Origin: the human T2T-CHM13v2.0 reference genome, Homo sapiens | DNA: 64,000 nt | NCBI RefSeq assembly: GCF_009914755.1 | Contig: NC_060926.1 | Strand: one strand, 5' to 3' | Program-made: the position numbers and the translations under genes | The notes under the pieces: generated by a model | What the model was told of the DNA's origin: nothing | The model's database searches: none | What the model saw: the letters and a program-made list of their open reading frames with translations, nothing else | Shown here: positions 57,761-64,000 of the stretch, in pieces | How positions within the stretch are numbered: the stretch's first letter is position 1 | Layout: the number at the start of each line of letters is the position of its first letter

Positions 57761-60579
57761 TCTGAATGGAAGTGTCCCTCTAATCATCCTTGCTAAACAT
57801 TATAGCTTCAAAATTAAAGAATGGCCAAACTTGGCCATAAAGGAGTAGGAGTAAATAAAGATGATGACTGGAGCTAAAATATAGTCACTTATCTCTGAAA
57901 TAATGGTCACAGTGAGGAAGAAATTCAAAATCCGTACTTTAACTTTTGTTGTTGTTGCGTTTAGTCTCTATCAAGGTTAAAATTATAGCATTTAAAATGC
58001 CAGTGTTAAGAGAAAAAAAAAGGAAAATGCTGTGTGAAGTTAGCAAGAGAAAGAGGACCATTAAAACAGCAGGAATGAATAAAACTCAGAAAGCATGAAA
58101 CAAGATGAGATCAGTCAGCTCAAGCTTCCTAGTCATGACTGCAGGGAGAGGCCAAGCTCTATTTTCCCCATTTAACTGTAAATCCAGACAAAGTGACAGA
58201 GAAAGGTTAGAAGTAAAAGGTAGAGCAAGAGGTTACCTTAAAAATACAAATAAAAGAAGGCCAAGGACATGTTATCATTAATATCGTATATTGTGGAAAT
58301 CAAAGGAAAAACAAAGCATTAAGCAGAGGACAATTTTTAAGTGAAGGTTAGAGTCTCCAGTGAAGATGACAGGGGGGCCCTTATGCACAGTAGTTGCAAA
58401 ACAAACTATTCTGTAGACTAGCCCAGCCTTGGAAACCACAGACCCTGCTGGTTTAGCAATAGTATTTTAGACACTTGGCCAACATATCCTCCTGCCCTGG
58501 GGCCCAAGCCCTACAAACGGTTCCAAGGTATTTCTTTATTTGCTTCCTTCCCTAACCCTTCTTGTGATGCCTGTAAACACACCGCACAATTACAAAGTCG
58601 CAGCAGCCCACAATATTGGAACAGAGACACCCTGTTAAATGTGTTCCTGACAGCTGCGAGCCCCTTTTATATTTCAATTATAAGATCAACAACTGTAACT
58701 GCTGGCAGACCATTACCACCCAGAGTTTGGGGAGTTCTGGGGATAGCACGGCTGTGCCCTGCTCACTGTGGAATCCCCTGAGGGAGGAGGACTGGCTGGG
58801 AGAGGCTCTCCATCTCCTCAGCTGGCCAAGCCTTGCATCACACCTGAAGGACAAGCTCAAGAGCAAACACGAAAGGCTCAAGGCCGCAGCGACTGAGATC
58901 GTGGGGCTGGAGCCTGCACCAGCAGCCTCGCCAGAGCCCTGAATGTGCTTTGGTTTTCTTTCGTTTTACCTTGCTCAAACTTGGACACTGAGATCCTTAT
59001 ACTGGAAGTTAGGAAAGAAAAAGGCTTGGTATTCCCTGCTAGTTCTTAATTCAAAAAAGGACTCTAAAAATTCTGCTGGAAAGGCCAGACCCATGCTCTC
59101 CCCGTGTGAAGGCAAAGAGCCTCATGCTGCCGCAGTGGCCATGGCAGCCGGCAATTTCCCCACTCAGCCTTGGGCTCTGGTCTGTGGTGTAGGGTCCTGT
59201 GGGCCTTCCTTCGCAATGTCACCAAATGGGGATATGCTGCCTGGTTCATGTGAGTCTCCACCTGTGCTCACGCCTGCTGGATCATCAGCCAAATGGAGCT
59301 CCTGACAGTTCCAAAATAGCGATAAGGCGGGTTTCCATTGAAGGCCTTGCTTCCTAGAACCTCTGTTCCCATCCAAATCACCCCTGTTCTTTACTTTTAA
59401 AACTTAAATTAAACTGACCCTCAACACAAAAAGATTTCACTGAATTTTCTCGTTTAAATGTCATTTGAAGTTAAGTCCAGTTAGCAAATATTTATTGAGC
59501 TTCTGCCAAGATCTGGTTTCTTCGTCTTCAAGGAGCTTAGAACCAGTAGAAAGACAATTTACTATCCATTACCTTACCTTTTGGTTATAAAGCACAGATG
59601 TATGTATTTTTTTTAGAAATTACACATTCAGAAGTGTTGCTTGCCAAAGGCCTCCTACGATTTCACCCAGAGCTCATTTAGCCATTTGCAGTGTTTCCTA
59701 AAGAGAACAGCCTGCGATTGCCGCATTCACTTCAAAACCCTGGCCACCCATATTCATTCCCTTGAGAACTCTGAAAAGCTACATTTCACAGATTAAGACT
59801 TTTATAAAGAAGCCTTACTAATTAGCCTGGCTCTCCAAAACTGGGTCCTAAAAAATCAGGCCTAGGAGGAATCAAAAACTACATGAGATGTTTTTTTAAA
59901 AACTCACATTCTTTACAGCATTCTTTTTAAGACTATCCATGCCCTTTGTGTACAGAAACACTCAGTGCCAACATTGATTTTCATGTATGGGATAAACTGA
60001 AGAGAATATGGTCAGGGTGGTGTGTGTCTTTGAAACAGATTTGTGGAGTGCACTTCATTTGTATAACTTGGATTATTTTCTTGCCAAATGTATGTTTATG
60101 GCAAAACACATGCAAATTTGAGTGTGTGTTTGTGTGTATGTGTGTATGTGATCTTAGTCAGATGCATTATTACAGAGGCCCCCTTCAATGACCCAGGGAA
60201 ACCTGCACAGTATGTGAGAATGTGTCTGACACCCTGACAAAACCATTTATATTCAAAAATCTGCTTTCACAGGAATTAAATCTTTAAACCAATATATTTT
60301 AGATACTTAACTCATTGCCTGGAAAAAAAGTTTCACGTTCCACATACTAAATCCTTATTTGAATCTAGTCTGTATATCAATATTTTGATGGTGAGCTTTT
60401 TTCAAAAAAGGAGTTTTTAAGGTAAACTTCTAATTTAAAAAAATTAGAAGTTTGTAAAGTGTTTTGGCAATAAAGATTTGAAATTTGAATTTGATAAAGA
60501 TAGGCTGGAGAAAGATGATCTTCCACAATAATCAAGTGTTCTTTGTGTATTGGATAAGTAGCTATTAGTAATATAGGTC

Positions 60580-60949
60580 TGTATTAGTCTATTCTCATAC
60601 TGCTAATAAAGACATACCCAAGACCAGGTAATTTATAAAGGAGAGAGGTTTAATTGACTCACAGTTCAGCATGGCTGGGGAGGCCTTAGGAAACTTGCAA
60701 TCATGGTGGAAGGGGAAGGAAACACGTCCTTCTTCACTTGGCAGCAGCAAGGAGAAGTGCTGAGCAAAAGGGATAAAACCCCTTATAAAACCGTCAGATC
60801 TCATGAGAACTCACAATCATGAAACTGCATGAGAGTAACTGTCCCCATGATTAAATTACCTCTCACTGGGTCCCTCCCAGGACATGTGAGGATAATGGGA
60901 GCTACAATTCAAGATGAGATTTGGGTGGGGTCACAGCCAAACCATATCA
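60580..60949 (-). mobile_element. THE1 (C-like) solo LTR
   Basis: TGTATTAGTC...CAGCCAAACCATATCA; perfect 5-bp TSD AGGTC. Confidence 0.95.
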
Positions 60950-61454
60950 AGGTCCGTCTACAATTCTAAAACTCCAAAGCCTTAAACTTTTTGGAATGTA
61001 TTTGGCAGCAAAATCTAAGCTAAACCAACATGAGCCTATTATAGCTTTATTTCTTCTACTTTGGGTGAAGAGTCATGTATTTTCCTGCAGAAACATTAAG
61101 TGTTGATTCTGGAGTGCTGCCCCACACCCTGTCGGGGTGTTACAGAAGTTCATGTACCACATTATCTTTTTAGCCTCTAAATAATTCTAGATTCTGAAAC
61201 ACATCTGGCCAGAGGTTTCAGATGGATTTTGGACCTGTAAAATCATACTGTAGTGGACACTATTACATTTTTCTGTAGGGTTCTATCTCACTATTTGTTC
61301 TTACTGAGAGAGCCCATTTATGCATGGTATTTACACAAAATTTGTACCTGGTTGCTCTGAGGATGGGGTTTATTTTCTGGAGATATTATTTCCTTACCAA
61401 TTTTCTTATCAATTTTCCTCCATCTTTATAACTATTGGGTGTTTTACCCACATC

Positions 61455-61770
61455 TTCAGTTCAGTTCAGCATGTATTGCTTGCCTCTTCTGTCCAGGCAC
61501 CATGCTTGGTGCCAGGAGGGATGCAGACATGAGTAAGATACTGTGAACCACTTAAGAGCAACCTGGTGGCAGTTGTAGACATGTAAATAACATTCATCTT
61601 TTAGGAAAGGTTAAATGTTATAAAGGGCAGAGTTACAAACAAAATGCTGAGGGATCAAAGAGGAAGAATAATACACGTCAAGGGAGGCTTCACAGAGGAG
61701 GTAACATTTGAGCTTAAGCATCCATGCCTTGAAGGATCTTGAAATTTTCACATGAGAAGAAGGGAGAAAC
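61455..61770. mobile_element. L2 fragment
   Basis: TTCAGCATGTATTG...CCAGGCACCATGCT...GGAGGCTTCACAGAGGAGGTAACATTTGAGCT. Confidence 0.65.
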
Positions 61771-62670
61771 CCTGACCTTTATTATGTTTTTAAGGATACT
61801 TATATTAAAAAAGAGAAAGAAAACAGACATTTCAAAGCAGGGCTACAAAAACGGAGATATATTTTAATGTTTACTTTGAATGCTTTTTGCATAGAAAATG
61901 CAATGCAATAAAATTGTAGTCGTGGGATAATTGGATTACCCCACGGCTATAATATCCCAAGTTGTTGGATTGCAGAAAAAAAAATGTTTATGTCAAGTAT
62001 CCTATAGAGTGATCTGGTTTAAAGTGATATAATGGACCCCATCTTTGAATCCCATCAGTTATCTCTATGACTGTATGTATTGACTAATTTGAAGATGAGA
62101 TAAATGTCTAAGTTTAAAGGCCCACATTAAAGTGAGACCAGTATGAAAGGAAAACTTCCAAGTCCCTTGACACCTGTCCCAGCACCCCTACTTCCCCATT
62201 AAGTCTACGATGTTTGGAGGAATCCAGGCAAGGGATGTGGCATAGACAGAGGCAATGTAAGTATGTCCTAGGGGAAGACACATAAACTATACTCAGCTAT
62301 GCTCAGTTTTGTGAACATGCTTGGCTTTCTACCTCTTTTGTGCCTTATCATATGCTGACCACTCCTTGCACAAAATGTTCTATACTACTGCCAATATCAG
62401 CCCCAAAAGAATAAAATGGTCTTTTTTCCTGTTGTTACTAGACCTCTATGTTAGCTAGACTTTAACTGATCATGCCGTATTGTCATAATTCCAATGCATA
62501 TTTCCCCCTTGAGGGCATGGGTCTTTTGTACACCTAGGTACAAAATTATCAAAGTTGCTGGCATATAATACCTCTCAATAAGTTAAGTGAGTGTATAAAA
62601 TATAGGTTGAGGCCAGATGGTGGAAGGCCTTCAATGCCAAGTGACTGAAGCTTAGATTTTATTTTGTACA

Positions 62671-62985
62671 TGTATCATTCAGGATATGCTGAATTATGTT
62701 ACAAGCAAACTCCAAATTTCACTGACATAACACAAAGTTTATTTCCTGCTCACATCACATGTCCATTGAAACCAAAAGAAGGCCTCTGCTTCTTGTCATC
62801 ACCCAGGCATCTGGGATGAGGGAGGCTTCATCTTGATGTGTGTTTCCAGTGAACACCGCACCAGTGTGGCACATCACACAGTGCTTCTTAAACATCTTGC
62901 CCTTTGTCGCTTCCACTCATGTTGTACAGACCAAAGCAATTCACATGACCACACCTCGTTTCAGAGGAGGTAGGAAAGAACAATC
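62671..62985 (-). mobile_element. Old MaLR LTR (MLT1K/J-like)
   Basis: TGTATCATTCAGGAT...CAAAGTTTATTTCCTGCTCACATCACATGTCC...GCAATTCACATGACCACAC. Confidence 0.6.
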
Positions 62986-64000
62986 CTAGAACAATCCTAT
63001 TCTGGAAGTTCAAAAGCCAGAATGATCAGGTCAAGAGAACGAATGACAACTTCAGCAGGGAACAGGGAGTCATACAAAGTTCTTCTAAAAACAGAAAACT
63101 GGAAACATACGGTTGAGAATACAAATAAGGTGTGAAGGAGCGCATAGATTACCTGAAATTGGGTGCTTGGGGAAAGAAAGCTGGGAGACACATCGGACTC
63201 ACAGAGAGCTTGGAGTTTAGGGATCTCTTAGCAGTCCTTGCACTGAACTGTGCCTTCACATTAAGCAAGATACTTATTCTGGCTTCGCTTCAGTACCTCC
63301 AAGGGGAAAAGAGATACAAAGATGGTAATGTATACCGCCTTCCTGTTAGTCTGAGGGTTAATGAAAGTTGGGGGAAGAGGCACTTAACTCCCTGTTTGCT
63401 ATTCAATTCTAGAGACAGCTGCCTCTTAAACAAAACGAGCCTTTTGCTTTGAGTCCATAGTACATTTCCACAGTGACAAATTCTGCCAAGCTCACCAAAA
63501 TTTGAGCTAAACCTGAATAATAAGTTGACCATTTGTTTTATGAATTGGATGTGCATCCTGCCAAGTTTTCCAAGTGGTTATGACAACAGAATCCCTCATC
63601 TATAATATCCATCCACAGCCCTCATCTGTAGCTCCCTTGTTTGTTCTGAAGATAATATATTGATTGTGTCTCTTTCGATGGCATTCCTTCCATGCTTCTC
63701 ACATGAGGAAGAGTTACTGCTGTTTTCCCCAGGAGACCTAAAATGACTGCATTTTTACACATGTTATTTACTGTATACGTTCTAATATCAAAATGGTCAA
63801 TTCATTTATAATCTTTTTAACATGCCTTAGAGAATAAAGGGTCTGTTATTATGTTTTGTTTATACGAGGAGCTTTTTTCTTTTTTTGCATTTAAGTTTTA
63901 CTTTACAACACATAATTGATCTTGTGCCCATGAATAGTTAACATTAATTATGCACAATTAGCATATGATAATGAATGACACACGTTTCGAGCAAATATTA

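Overview
Human (or very close hominin) non-coding DNA, AT-rich and repeat-dense. It is intronic or intergenic, and I cannot name the locus. A full-length AluYb8 with all diagnostic changes points to human. I find no credible protein-coding gene: the supplied ORFs are Alu, L1, THE1 or microsatellite translations, or chance ORFs. Much of the window is transposon-derived: about 17 Alus, L1 fragments including a long ancient L1ME-like copy, a complete THE1A provirus, solo LTRs, MER DNA transposons, MIR and L2. Several repeat-free, motif-rich blocks may be conserved enhancers, especially ~35.4-38.1 kb. The most unusual features are (i) a 162-bp non-repeat module duplicated 903 bp apart, with D-box/E2F-like motifs, a shared fold-back and template-switch-like scars at one junction, and (ii) a nested transposon stack containing a ~59-bp L1 insertion inside a MADE1. 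Repeat subfamily names come from my recollection of consensus sequences. Boundaries without a TSD are approximate. I saw no convincing new multi-gene system.
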